A stretch of 64,000 nt of DNA from Candidatus Latescibacterota bacterium (GCA_963667175.2 CAXXXF010000010.1:29343-93342), one strand, 5' to 3'. Shown: positions 1 through 10,387, numbered from the stretch's first letter. Notes: generated by a model not told the origin, from the sequence alone. Translations and numbers: made by a program.

Positions 1-184
1 AAGACCCTTTGCGACGCCCTGCCCGATCCCGCGTCCGGCGCCCGTCACCAGCGCGACCCGTCCTTCAAGCGAAAACAGATTCAACTCATCCTCCACGTTG
101 CTTCACGCCTGCACTTCCCCTAATCGGGACATCCTTCCGATTTCAATCGGTCGAGAGCACCGCCTGCATGCAGCGCGTATACGC

Positions 185-646
185 CTATGCCGTCAACTGC
201 CTTATGAAATCGTCCAAATCCCGCCGATGGATCTGTCGCAGGCGTTCGGCGTTGATGAGATGATCCTCCAGCAACTGTGGATTCAATTCGGCCGTATAAG
301 CGTGTCGGAAGAAGTGCCGGAACCTGCGCAATTGATCCAGCAGATCAAAGGCTTCTCCGGAAACCAGGGCCGGCCTGATGCCATCGATTTCCACCCGCAT
401 CCGGCGCAAGAGGTCTACGTGATACCGCTCCTCTTCAAGCCGGTTCTCAAAGAATCGAACGACGGTTTCAAAGAGTTGCTCGAAAGCGGAATAGAGGTTA
501 TGGATCTGATAGGCCATACTGTCCATGCCTTCGGGCGTATCGCTGAACGACTCACGCCGCTTCTCGATCCGATGGTAGACACCGTTGATGTCACGTTCAC
601 GCGAATCGATTTCGGCTTTCAGGATGGCCACCCTGGTTTCATCCAT
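185..646 (-). CDS. HEPN (HepT-like) ribonuclease toxin
   Basis: 153 aa with RxxxxH motif (RHFFRH) and AYQIHNLYSAFE helix; overlaps the upstream MNT gene. Confidence 0.8.
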   Translation of the reverse strand: MDETRVAILKAEIDSRERDINGVYHRIEKRRESFSDTPEGMDSMAYQIHNLYSAFEQLFETVVRFFENRLEEERYHVDLLRRMRVEIDGIRPALVSGEAFDLLDQLRRFRHFFRHAYTAELNPQLLEDHLINAERLRQIHRRDLDDFIRQLTA

Positions 647-983
647 ATACTCTCAATCCCCCGTTCCTGACCTCATCGGGATGTGGATGCATTTCCAGAT
701 CGATGACGTCCACGGTCCTGCCGGTAGCATCTTCCAGCGCTTTCATCACGTCGAGAACCGATCGGGAGCACCCACTGACTGCCACGTCGACGTCGGACGC
801 TTTGTTCCATCTGAACGCTACCAGCAGCGAACCTGTGACGTAGGCTTCACAGATGTCGTACTCGTCACGGATCCGCTTCAGAGTTGCCGTAACCGAACGC
901 AGACATTCCGTTCTCTCGCGGTCTTGCTTCTCTCTTCGTCTCTTCAGAGCCCGGTCGAAACTGCTCGTATCGAACATCGTCAC
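639..983 (-). CDS. Minimal nucleotidyltransferase (MNT) antitoxin
   Basis: GS-x10-DVD motif (GSLLVAFRWNKASDVDVAV) plus later VDVID; paired with HEPN gene. Confidence 0.8.
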   Translation of the reverse strand: MTMFDTSSFDRALKRRREKQDRERTECLRSVTATLKRIRDEYDICEAYVTGSLLVAFRWNKASDVDVAVSGCSRSVLDVMKALEDATGRTVDVIDLEMHPHPDEVRNGGLRVYG

Positions 984-1071
984 GACTCCGGGGATACGCG
1001 TGTTCCCTCGAAAGAATATCGCCTTGCCGACGCCGGATCGACGGTGAGGGTATGCTGTTATCCTTCCGATT

Positions 1072-2127
1072 TCAACCGGCCGAGAGCACCGCCTGCATCA
1101 TCGCCTTGATGTAGCCGAACTGGAAGGCGAAGGCCTGTTCGAAACTCCCGGGCGCGCTGTGACCCGGAGCGTGGTCGGGCACGACCATGTGGGGATAGCC
1201 TACGTCTTTCAGCGCCTGCATCAACGTATACATATTCATGTCGCCTTCATCGGGCCAGACTTCCTGGAATTTGTTGCGGCCGCCGAAGATATTTCGATAG
1301 TGGATCAAGTGAATCTTCTTTCGCTCCCCGAAGTAGCGGATGATATCCGGCACCTCCGCGGCGGGATTTTCCACGCTCTCGGCCATGCAGCCCAGGCAGA
1401 GATTCAGTCCGTGATAGGGACTGGGGCAGATCTCGATAAACCGCTTGAATCCCTCCGCTCCGCCCAGAACGCGGTCCACGCCCTTGTAGCCCGGGGGCAA
1501 CCAGGGGTCGCACGGGTGGCAGGCCATGCGGACTTTACATTCTTCCGCGACGGGGATCACCCGCTCCAGAAAGAAGGTTACCCGCTTCCAGTTTTCTTCG
1601 GCGGTCACGGGTTGATCGTACCTGGGCGTACCGGAATCGGCCTTCGAGAGATCCCAGGTGGAATACCGCACGCCCCCGCGCCCGAGCGGCACGCTTTCCG
1701 TCCGCTGGTTTTCCATCTCGCAGAGAAAATACTTGATGGCGGGAATGCCGGCATCGGACGTGGCGCGCACCATCCGGCACACGCGTTCGATCTCTTTCTC
1801 TCCCTTTTTCCAGTTGCCCAGCATGTAGTTCGGCACCGAACCACCGTCCTCGTTGAACTGGTGGAGAGGCAGCGCCACCATCTCGAGGTCCACGCCGTAA
1901 CGAGCGCACTTATCACGTTTCGCCGCAAGTTCCTCGGCATCCCAGCCCCGATCGCGGTGAAACGTGATGTCGTTCGCGGCCATACTGTTCACGCCGTGGC
2001 GCGCGAGAAAGGACAGGTGTTCATCCGTTGTGTCGAACCGCTGCGTACCCACGTGCATGCGGGGACTTTCCGTGTTCCAGAGTCCGTGAGGATCCGACCG
2101 GCCGTTATCAACTGATTCCGTTGCCAT
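1072..2127 (-). CDS. uxuA: Mannonate dehydratase (UxuA family)
   Basis: FLERVIPVAEE, MACHPCDP, IHYRN, DEGDMNM, VPDHAP, FQFGYIKA motifs; ATG start at 2127 chosen. Confidence 0.75.
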   Translation of the reverse strand: MATESVDNGRSDPHGLWNTESPRMHVGTQRFDTTDEHLSFLARHGVNSMAANDITFHRDRGWDAEELAAKRDKCARYGVDLEMVALPLHQFNEDGGSVPNYMLGNWKKGEKEIERVCRMVRATSDAGIPAIKYFLCEMENQRTESVPLGRGGVRYSTWDLSKADSGTPRYDQPVTAEENWKRVTFFLERVIPVAEECKVRMACHPCDPWLPPGYKGVDRVLGGAEGFKRFIEICPSPYHGLNLCLGCMAESVENPAAEVPDIIRYFGERKKIHLIHYRNIFGGRNKFQEVWPDEGDMNMYTLMQALKDVGYPHMVVPDHAPGHSAPGSFEQAFAFQFGYIKAMMQAVLSAG

Positions 2128-2215
2128 CAGAAATTCGCCTCCCTTCGGCCTGCCGAGCATGCCTCGCAGGCCTCCAAGACCGCGCCGCCGGTCTCTTTCG
2201 GCCGGCCGCGGTACG

Positions 2216-3007
2216 TTATGCGCCTTCCAGTACCCGCCGCATTTCCTCTCCCTGAGTGCGGAACCAGTCCATCAGGATGCTGACGTCCGTACCGATGCAG
2301 AAGTGTTTCACCCCCATATCCAGATAGCGCTTCGCCTGGTCCGGACTGCTGATTTCCGCGCGCGGCGCGACGCCCATCTTCAGTGACGTTTCGACGACGA
2401 ACGTCTCCGCCTCCCTGACTCGCTCGCTTCCGTACTCGCCCGGGTGGCCGATGCTCATGGAATAGTCTCCAGGGCCGAACTGCACCATATCAATGCCGCC
2501 CACGGACAGGATTGCCTCCAGGGTTTCCACCGCCGGCGCTTTTTCGATCATTAGGGCGATGACGACGTCTTCCATGGCGTCGACAAACTCCGGCAGTCCT
2601 CCGGCCATTCCGAACCCCATGGTCCGGCGCATGCTCGCCCCGTGCTGCCCGCCCGTCTTCGGCGTTTCGGCGCGCACCGCATTCACGCACTCGCGGGCAT
2701 CGGAAACGGACCGCACGTCGGCGAACAGCACGTTCTGAATGCCCGCGCCGACGGCGCGCGAAGCCAGATGCGATCTCGGTTCCTGCTCCACCTTGATCAT
2801 GGACGACATGTCGTAGAGCTCAATCGCCCTGGCGAGGTTCTCGAACGTATGCAGGTCGTACGGCGCGTATTCCGAAACGTATTCCACGTAGTCGAACATT
2901 CCGGAAAGACCCACCAGTTCCATCACGGTCGGCCACGGACTGTGGACGTGGGTGCCCACGCTCGGCTTATCCGCCTTCAACAATTCACTCAGTCGATTTG
3001 CGCGCAT
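2216..3007 (-). CDS. HpcH/HpaI aldolase family protein
   Basis: EYAPYD, MIEKA, FGPGDYSMS motifs. Confidence 0.8.
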   Translation of the reverse strand: MRANRLSELLKADKPSVGTHVHSPWPTVMELVGLSGMFDYVEYVSEYAPYDLHTFENLARAIELYDMSSMIKVEQEPRSHLASRAVGAGIQNVLFADVRSVSDARECVNAVRAETPKTGGQHGASMRRTMGFGMAGGLPEFVDAMEDVVIALMIEKAPAVETLEAILSVGGIDMVQFGPGDYSMSIGHPGEYGSERVREAETFVVETSLKMGVAPRAEISSPDQAKRYLDMGVKHFCIGTDVSILMDWFRTQGEEMRRVLEGA

Positions 3008-3188
3008 GCAGTCTCCTCTGAATATCGTTTCAGCCTTCCGATCTCACTGGATCGTGTCGCTTGCCGCCAAACCGGTTTGTTCTTTCCCTTCTTTCCCTTT
3101 TGTGCTTTTTGTGGCTATGCAGTCGGTTCTGATACGTAAAGGCAATCGCCCTGGAAGCGACCTGCAGAGCGGCTCTTTCAACGGACGG

Positions 3189-3944
3189 TTAACCGAACGG
3201 CTTCAGGGCCCGTATCTGCCGCACGTCCTCCGCCACCTCGTCGGCGGAAGCATCCAGCATCTGCTCCCCATGCTCCGCAGTGGCGGGGCGCGGATCGCCG
3301 ACCCCGCCGTGTTTCGTGCGCTGATCGAACCGGTAGTAGGAAGCCACGCCCGGCGCCCGCATGCCCTCCCGCTCGCCGTCCGCGTCCAGACGGTCCATAC
3401 GCACCAGTTCGGGCCGGATGGCCAGAATCATGGATGTCTCCGTCTCGCCGGCATGGCCGGACCCGCCCGAGCCGAGTTGCCGTATCCTGTCGAGGGTCTC
3501 GCCGGAGGCCCACGCCCAGCGTGAGTAGAACTCCACGTCGCCCTCGGGGTACCGTTCCATCAGCCGCTGCAGCAACACGGAAACATTCGCGCCGTTGCCG
3601 CCGTGGCTGTTCTGGATCAGGATCTTCCGGAATCCGTGCCCCACCATCGACGCCACGACGTCCATCATAAGCAACAGGTGCGTATCGGAGACTGCGCTCA
3701 CCGTACCCGGATAACGGACGTGGTGCTGGGAGTATCCCAGCCACTGCACGGGCAGCACCAGCACGTCGTCCGGACATCGTTCGTGCACGCGCCTGGCCAC
3801 CTCGCCGCCGATCAGGCTGTCGGTAAACACGGGCAGATGCAGGCTGTGCTGTTCGCAGGAGGCCACCGGAATCAGCACGACGATATCGCGGGGGAGGGCG
3901 TCGATTTCCGGGGATGTCATTTCAGCGAGAATCATGGCTTCCAC
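3189..3944 (-). CDS. Creatininase family amidohydrolase
   Basis: EQHSLHLP..TD, YPGT, NSHGGN, HAGETETS motifs. Confidence 0.9.
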   Translation of the reverse strand: MEAMILAEMTSPEIDALPRDIVVLIPVASCEQHSLHLPVFTDSLIGGEVARRVHERCPDDVLVLPVQWLGYSQHHVRYPGTVSAVSDTHLLLMMDVVASMVGHGFRKILIQNSHGGNGANVSVLLQRLMERYPEGDVEFYSRWAWASGETLDRIRQLGSGGSGHAGETETSMILAIRPELVRMDRLDADGEREGMRAPGVASYYRFDQRTKHGGVGDPRPATAEHGEQMLDASADEVAEDVRQIRALKPFG

Positions 3945-4031
3945 CTTTCGCCGGCCAACACGGGCGCCAGCAGGGCTTTGGCGCCGAAACCGCCAGTTTT
4001 CGTGCGGGGTGTCCGAACCGACAATTAACGC

Positions 4032-5048
4032 CTATCGCCCAAATCCATCAAGCACATTCTGCACACAGGGGCCAATGGTTTCGAGGTCGTAACCTCCTTC
4101 CTGCACAAGCAGCGTGGGCACGCCGAGCGAGGCAAGGCGACGTCCGATCGCCTCAAACGAAGAGACCGGCAGTTCGAACTCGCCCAGCGGGTCGTCCCGG
4201 CAGACGTCCACGCCCAGCGAAACCACGAGAAAGGCAGGGGCAAACCGGTCCGCTTCGTCCAGGGCCCGGTCCAGCGTCTTCAGGTACAGCGCGTCGCCCG
4301 TGCCTATGGAAAGCGGCAGATTCACGTTCAGCCCCCGCCCGGCGCCCGCGCCCGATTCGTCCGCGTACCCGCTGAAGTAGGGGTATTCGACCTCCGGGTC
4401 CGCGTGGATTGAAAGGAACAGGACGGCGTCCGATCCGTAGAAGATGGACTGCGTCCCGTTCCCGTGGTGATAGTCCACGTCAAGCACGGCCACGCGTCCG
4501 GCGGCGCCTAGAAATTTCGCTGCGACCGCGGCGTTATTCAGGTAGCAATAGCCGCCGTAAAGGTCGCCCGCCGCGTGATGGCCCGGCGGACGGCAGAGCG
4601 CGTAGACCGATGCCTCTCCCTCCAGCAGCATCGCGGCGCCGGTCAGCGCGCAGAACGCGGCGTCGCGGGCGGCCTCGAATGTGTGCGCCATGATCGGCGA
4701 CTGTGTCTCGAAGCCGTAGTAACCCGCCTGATGTGTGACGTCGCGCGGAAGGCGGGCCGACGCGCGGGCTGCGAAGGTATCGGGGATCAGTCCGGTGTCG
4801 CCCCCTCCACCTCGGTCCGTCCACGCCGCGTGGACGTGCTCCAGGAAGCGCAGATATCCCGCGTCGTGAACCGCGCCAATGGCATCCATCGAAAACGTCC
4901 GCGGCGGCAGCACGTCATGGGCCACTTCGATCGCGCGCAGAATCGCCTCCGCCCGCGCCGGAACTTCGGGATAGGGCTTCAGCCCGCCTTCGATTAACTG
5001 AAATGGAGGCGCGTGGCGTCTGTGGCTGGGCGAATAGATGACTCTCAT
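4032..5048 (-). CDS. Histone deacetylase family / acetylpolyamine amidohydrolase
   Basis: RPPGHHA, GGYCYLNN, DVDYHHGNGT, QEGGY motifs; start taken at MRVIYS. Confidence 0.9.
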   Translation of the reverse strand: MRVIYSPSHRRHAPPFQLIEGGLKPYPEVPARAEAILRAIEVAHDVLPPRTFSMDAIGAVHDAGYLRFLEHVHAAWTDRGGGGDTGLIPDTFAARASARLPRDVTHQAGYYGFETQSPIMAHTFEAARDAAFCALTGAAMLLEGEASVYALCRPPGHHAAGDLYGGYCYLNNAAVAAKFLGAAGRVAVLDVDYHHGNGTQSIFYGSDAVLFLSIHADPEVEYPYFSGYADESGAGAGRGLNVNLPLSIGTGDALYLKTLDRALDEADRFAPAFLVVSLGVDVCRDDPLGEFELPVSSFEAIGRRLASLGVPTLLVQEGGYDLETIGPCVQNVLDGFGR

Positions 5049-5103
5049 TGCGACTCCGTACGGGTTCCGGATGTGCCTGCGGTACAATCCATCGCGTCCG
5101 GCA

Positions 5104-6660
5104 TTACAGCCTTTCCAGCTTTCCGTTTTCCAGCATATAGATTTCATCAGCCACGCGGGAAACCAGACGCCGGTCGTGGCTGACTACGACGAATCCGCCG
5201 GGAAAACCCTCGAGCAGCTTTTCCAGCACCTCTACGGACTCGACGTCCAGATGCGTCGTGGGCTCATCCAGCACCAGAAACTCCATCCGCTTCAGGATCA
5301 TCTTCACAATGGCGCCGCGCATCCGCTCGCCGTAACTCAACGTGTGCACCGGCCGGACCACCTTATCGGCGCGCAGTTTGGCCCCTCCCAGAAACTGGCG
5401 CGCCTCGCTTTCATCTCGATCGACGTCCCGGAAGTTATCGAGGAAGATTTCCCGGTCGTAAAATCCGTCCAGGCCCTGGGTTACATATCCCGTCCTCACG
5501 TTGGCGTTATAGTAAACAGAGCCGCAATCCGGCGGCAGTTTCCCCGTCATCACGTTCAGGAGCGTTGTCTTGCCGGCCCCGTTCGGCCCCATGACTGCAA
5601 TCCGGTCTCTGGTCTCTACAACCAGGTTCAATGCCTCGAGGACCGTGATGCCATCCCACTGCTTCCCCGCCGACTCCATCCGCCCCACCAGGCGCCGGTC
5701 CACCTCGTAGGGAGGAAAATTCATCCTGACTTTCTTTTCGATCCAGGGCTTCTCCGCTTCCAGATGAGACGTGTGCCGTTCGAGACGGCGCTCCATCGCC
5801 TTCGCGCCCTTCATCACCTTTGCGGCCAGACGACGGCTTGACGAGTCCGTCGTCTCGTTCTCCCGGCTCACCCCCCACGCCATCCGCCGCCGCATCGCAT
5901 CCTGTAGTGCGGAAATCTTCTTTCTGAGCGTCCTCGCCCTGTCCATCCTGCCCTGAAAGTCCTGCTCCTTGTGCTCCAGCGCCGTCGAATAGCCGCCCTG
6001 GACCGAGAACATGCTCCCCCGTTCAAGGTAGACCGTCCGGTCCGCCACGTTGTCGATCATCTCCCGATCGTGGCTTACGATCAGCACCGCGCGTCCCCGT
6101 CGCTTGACCAGGCGGATGGCCTCCTCGAACGCGGTGATGCCCCTGATATCCAGGTAGTTCAGCGGCTCGTCGAACAACATCATGTCCGCGTCCAGCGCCA
6201 GCGCTCCCGTCAGGTCCACCTTTCGCTGCTGTCCGCGGGACATGCTCCCGTACGGCGTTTCCAGATCCACGCCGAAATTTGCCGCAAAGGCTCGAACCCG
6301 GTCCTCGCGTTCGAACCCGCCACGCTCGTAGTAGTCCTGATAGAAATCGTGCCGCCCCGCCTGAATACCGGTGTACAGCCGCGCCAACTCCGCGTCGAAA
6401 GACAGCGCGCGCGCCAGCGCCGACCCCTCGAACCCGGCCGGGCTCTCCTGCGGAACACAGGCCCATCTTGCGGACCGCTGCAGGGAGACGCCGCCTTCGA
6501 AATCCGCGTTCTCGCCCGTGAGGCATTTCAGCAGCGTGGTCTTTCCGCACCCGTTCGCTCCCACGACCGCGACCACCTCGCCGCCGTGAAGGCTGAACGA
6601 AATGCCGTCCAGCACGGATACCGCGCCGTAGGAAACGCGTAAATTATGTACCTGAAGCAC
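5104..6660 (-). CDS. ABC-F family ATPase, possibly ribosome-protection (ARE) type
   Basis: Two ABC domains (GANGCGKTT, DEPLNYLD, SHDR; GPNGAGKTT, LSYGE, DEPTTHLD), no TM segment, long helical linker; GTG start at 6660 after a purine-rich SD. Confidence 0.85.
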   Translation of the reverse strand: MLQVHNLRVSYGAVSVLDGISFSLHGGEVVAVVGANGCGKTTLLKCLTGENADFEGGVSLQRSARWACVPQESPAGFEGSALARALSFDAELARLYTGIQAGRHDFYQDYYERGGFEREDRVRAFAANFGVDLETPYGSMSRGQQRKVDLTGALALDADMMLFDEPLNYLDIRGITAFEEAIRLVKRRGRAVLIVSHDREMIDNVADRTVYLERGSMFSVQGGYSTALEHKEQDFQGRMDRARTLRKKISALQDAMRRRMAWGVSRENETTDSSSRRLAAKVMKGAKAMERRLERHTSHLEAEKPWIEKKVRMNFPPYEVDRRLVGRMESAGKQWDGITVLEALNLVVETRDRIAVMGPNGAGKTTLLNVMTGKLPPDCGSVYYNANVRTGYVTQGLDGFYDREIFLDNFRDVDRDESEARQFLGGAKLRADKVVRPVHTLSYGERMRGAIVKMILKRMEFLVLDEPTTHLDVESVEVLEKLLEGFPGGFVVVSHDRRLVSRVADEIYMLENGKLERL

Positions 6661-7119
6661 CGCCTCACCCCCTTCCGCCAACCTTGGCACAACCCGGGAA
6701 GACAAACCCCCCCCGTACCGTCACTGCGATGGATGCATCGGACGTGCGTCCTCCCGTGCCACCCTCACCCCATCAACGTCGCCGCAACCGGAATCGGAGT
6801 CGTTCTCGCTCGTCTCGCCGATCCCTGCCGGCAGCGGCCCTGGCTCCGGCACGTACCGGTTTTCCCCCCCCCTCTCCCCCCGGGAGAGGGGGGGGAGAGG
6901 TCTGCGCCGTCGCTGATTCTGCAGGGACAACCGGCCGTTCGCCCCTGCAAGATACCATCAATACGGGAACCGATATCGCCGGGCCTTTTCGTGGTTGCGC
7001 CAGTTCCAAAGACCCGTGTATATTGCCGGAATCCCGTATTATGACTGGTATACATGCGGCGCCCAGGCGAACGAAGCCGCGCCAGGACGAATTGCGCCTG
7101 CGTCCCGCTTATTCCGTTA

Positions 7120-7195
7120 ATCCTCACGATCCTGATTGATCCCATTCATGCTGCTTTATCCTGATCTATCCTGTTCATCCTGAAAATCCTGATCC
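7120..7195 (+). repeat. Phased ATCCTG-type short tandem repeat
   Basis: ATCCTG or near variants at 7120, 7129, 7139, 7148, 7158, 7168, 7177, 7186. Confidence 0.7.
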
Positions 7196-7205
7196 GGGGT
7201 TGCAT

Positions 7206-8291
7206 ATGGCCGATGTCACGTTCGACGATCTGCTGGAAATCCGAAGAGGCGGAGCCGGCCTTACCATGGGCGGCGGGCCGTCACGTATCGCAAAAATCGA
7301 GACGGTGGAAGAGTGGGAAACAAAAGCGGATGCGCTGCGGTCGATATTCCGCCAGACTCTGGGTCGAGGCCCCTCGGAGGTGTGTCCGTTGGACGCTGAG
7401 GTTGTCTCGGAAACGAACCACGGAGACCACGTCAAGCGAAGCATTGCCTACAACGTGGAGCCGGATGAACGCATTGTCGCGGACGTGCTCATCCCCGACG
7501 GGCTGAACCGCAGGGCTCCGGCCGTGCTCTGCATCCACCCCACCACGCCGTTCGGGCGAGAGCAGGTCATCGGGAACGACCGGACCGAAAAGGGCCAGGA
7601 CCGCGCATACGCGCTTCACCTCGTCAGGCGCGGTTTCATCACCCTGGCGTACGACCTGTTGAGCGCCAACGAACGCAAATACGAAGGGCTTCGCGACTTC
7701 GACACCGCGCCCTTTTATGAAAAATTCCCGGAATGGTCCGTCCGCGGGAAAGACCTGTGGGACCTGAGCCGGGCGATCGACCTGCTCGAAACCATCCCGG
7801 AGGCCGACGCGCAACGCGTCGGATCCATCGGACATTCGCAGGGGGGCGGCATCACGATCCACGCGGTGGCGCTCGAGCCGCGCGTCTCGGCCGGCGTCGC
7901 CAGCTGCGGCGACTGGCCCGCGCGGTTCTCGAAGAATCCCTTCAATCATGCGCGGACGGGCTGGTGGGTGGGGCGCCCCTTTCTCAGGCCGTACTGTCAG
8001 GCCGGCAAACCCTTTCCGATCGAACTCCACGAAACCCTTGCCCTCGCCGCGCCCCGCGCCATCATGCACGTCACCGCGCTCAATGACTTTCAGTACAGCA
8101 AGGAGGAAACCCGTCTCACGCGCCCGGTCCTCGAGCGCATGGCCGAATCGGTCTCCGCCGTTTTTTCGCTCTACGGCGCGGCGGACAACTTCCGCCACGT
8201 CCTTCACGAAGAGGGACATGGCTTCGCCCAGGCGCACCGCGAATTGGCGTATGCGTTCCTGGAAGAGCAGCTGTCAGCGATCAGCCATTAG
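7206..8291 (+). CDS. Alpha/beta hydrolase (dienelactone hydrolase / acetyl esterase-like)
   Basis: GHSQGG nucleophile elbow, LALAAPR, C-terminal GHGF. Confidence 0.8.
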   Translation: MADVTFDDLLEIRRGGAGLTMGGGPSRIAKIETVEEWETKADALRSIFRQTLGRGPSEVCPLDAEVVSETNHGDHVKRSIAYNVEPDERIVADVLIPDGLNRRAPAVLCIHPTTPFGREQVIGNDRTEKGQDRAYALHLVRRGFITLAYDLLSANERKYEGLRDFDTAPFYEKFPEWSVRGKDLWDLSRAIDLLETIPEADAQRVGSIGHSQGGGITIHAVALEPRVSAGVASCGDWPARFSKNPFNHARTGWWVGRPFLRPYCQAGKPFPIELHETLALAAPRAIMHVTALNDFQYSKEETRLTRPVLERMAESVSAVFSLYGAADNFRHVLHEEGHGFAQAHRELAYAFLEEQLSAISH

Positions 8292-8352
8292 CGATCAGCC
8301 AGAAGCGGTAAGCGATACGGACACGCGATGTCAACTCAGGAATGTCCGACTA

Positions 8353-8385
8353 ATGTAGGGGCAGGTTTGAAACCTGCCCCTACAT
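8353..8385. repeat. GTAG-type REP palindrome; related copies at 6921-6948, 19753-19781, 19900-19943, 19968-19991, 28666-28693, 28745-28774, 30093-30117, 50183-50205
   Basis: ATGTAGGGGCAGGTTTGAAACCTGCCCCTACAT; all copies share GTAGGGGC...GCCCCTAC-like arms in intergenic positions. Confidence 0.8.
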
Positions 8386-8403
8386 CAACGAAAACCTCGC
8401 TTA

Positions 8404-8691
8404 ACAGTCCGTTGGAAAAGTCGCTCTGCAGGCGAGGCATGGTGTCCCGTCCCGGAAATATGTCACCATTCATCCGCCGATCCATCCCGTCTGGCGGCGT
8501 TGCCTTCGCTCGGTGACCTTGGACAGGTCGCCTCGCTCAGGCGTCTTGCCAGCCGGGCGACTCGGCGGTCGAATTTCGGTAATCTATTTCCGGGACAGAA
8601 CACTTGCCATTGTGGCCGAAGACAAGGCGCGCCTGTCTGCGTGCGGACACGCACAGGCAGGCAGACCGGATGGACGTTTTCAACGGGCTGT
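8404..8691. mobile_element. MITE copy 1 (non-autonomous, terminal inverted repeats)
   Basis: Ends ACAGTCCGTTGGAAA / TTTCAACGGGCTGT, flanked by TTA on both sides; homologous shorter copy at 51080-51224. Confidence 0.75.
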
Positions 8692-8750
8692 TTAACGCGC
8701 AGCCAACAGGGATACGAAACGGTCCGAAAGTCGTCTTCCTATAAATCGCA

Positions 8751-8782
8751 AAATGACAGGCAGCCTTCACTGCCTGTCATTT
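8751..8782. terminator. Hairpin between convergent genes
   Basis: AAATGACAGGCAG-ccttca-CTGCCTGTCATTT perfect 13-bp stem. Confidence 0.55.
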
Positions 8783-8974
8783 ATTCGTTCCCAACCGGAC
8801 GGGGCGGAACATCCTGACCGGCGAGTCGCGGGCTAACCGGAAATCTGGAAGAGACCGTCGCCGGATATCGGTACAGTTGATTCGTCAAACGCGTTATAAA
8901 TGGCGCAGAAAGACCGCCGGGCGACAGCGGGGTCGCGCCCGTTACACGATCTCAGCAGGGGTCTATAGATTGGC

Positions 8975-10111
8975 TTACTTGAAGACTTCAAAGGCGCCGT
9001 TCCGCACCCTCAGCACAATGGGATTGTAAACCGCGTCGCCATCGGGATTGAACGAGAAACGCCCCAGAATCGTATCGACCTCCCGGGTATTGATCATCTC
9101 GCGTTTGATCGCACTCGCGTCCATCGATCCGGTTTCCGCTATTGATTTGGCGAGAACAAGCAGCGAGACGTAAGAAATCGCGCCCCATGGATGCGGTTCA
9201 TAGCCGTACCTGGCGACGTAATTTTCAACGAAGGCCTGGTTCCCAGGCGTGGAAGCGTTGCTTGCCCAACTCAATACGGAAATCGCGCCTTCGGCGGCGT
9301 CGCCCGCTTTCTTAACTTCGGCCAGGGACAGTTCAGGTATGATCATAGGAATCATTGAAGTGATGCCAACCTCACGGGCATTGACCAGAACTTGAATCAT
9401 CTCCGCCGCCAGACACGAGACAAACACGGCTTGTGGCTTCAAAGCCATTATTCTGCTCAACTGGTTGGCAAACGAGGTGTCGCCCGTTGCGAAAGTCTCC
9501 CTTGTCAGAATCTGGACCTCGTTCTCGGCCAGGGCCTTGCGCAATTCCTCGTCCAGGCTGAGGGAATACACGTCGGTCGAATCGACCATAATCGCCACTC
9601 TTCGATACCTCAGTTTCTCCTTCGTACCCTTGACGGCGCCTGGAGCGAGCGTGCCAACGTTGAGGCCTGTGCGGAAGATATAGTCGCCGATCGCGCTCAG
9701 GCCGACGGCGGTCGACGTCGAACTTAAAGCCAGAACCTCGCTCTGTTGAGCGATCGGAAACACCTCCTTCGCCACGGTGGAAATACCGGGACCCAGGATG
9801 ACGGACACACCGTCCTCTTTGATAAGTTTATTGAACGCTTTCGTGGCGGCATCAACCGTGCCTCGGGAATCCTCCCTGATGAACTCGATGTTTGAGCCCC
9901 CGAGTATCGATGAACCGTTGATTTCTTCAAGTGCGAACTGGAAGCCTTCCCACGCCGGCGCGCCGTATAAAATCTGCGGGCCGGTCAGCGGGAGCGCGAC
10001 GCCGATCTCGATCTTTTCGGGCAGACCATCTGCAACGCAACCCCAGCTCACGGCAGCGACGAGCGAGAAAACGAACAGACTGCGAATCCTGGTAAACAAG
10101 GCTGACTCCAT
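8975..10111 (-). CDS. ABC transporter substrate-binding protein (branched-chain amino acid / LivJ-like), probable lipoprotein
   Basis: Signal with SWGC lipobox-like motif, IGVALPLTG, YIFR, GRFSFNPDGD. Confidence 0.85.
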   Translation of the reverse strand: MESALFTRIRSLFVFSLVAAVSWGCVADGLPEKIEIGVALPLTGPQILYGAPAWEGFQFALEEINGSSILGGSNIEFIREDSRGTVDAATKAFNKLIKEDGVSVILGPGISTVAKEVFPIAQQSEVLALSSTSTAVGLSAIGDYIFRTGLNVGTLAPGAVKGTKEKLRYRRVAIMVDSTDVYSLSLDEELRKALAENEVQILTRETFATGDTSFANQLSRIMALKPQAVFVSCLAAEMIQVLVNAREVGITSMIPMIIPELSLAEVKKAGDAAEGAISVLSWASNASTPGNQAFVENYVARYGYEPHPWGAISYVSLLVLAKSIAETGSMDASAIKREMINTREVDTILGRFSFNPDGDAVYNPIVLRVRNGAFEVFK

Positions 10112-10387
10112 GGGTTACGTTTGCAATTGTGAACCTGAGGAATCTCTGATGAAGCTGTCGGTTGTCTCTGCTGGAAAGAAGAGTTATCATTGAGAGGGAC
10201 GGCAAGGTGAATTCATTCTCGGGACGCCACACTCAATCACCGAATGTAACGGATTTTCCGCCATATTGCAATGACAAAAAATCACGCCTTCGTGCCCTGT
10301 TTCGCCCTTTTTCTTGGCGAAACAAGAAAAAGGGCAAAGAGACAAGGGAAGTATGGGTATGGGGAGATTCTAAGATAGAATAGTCCT

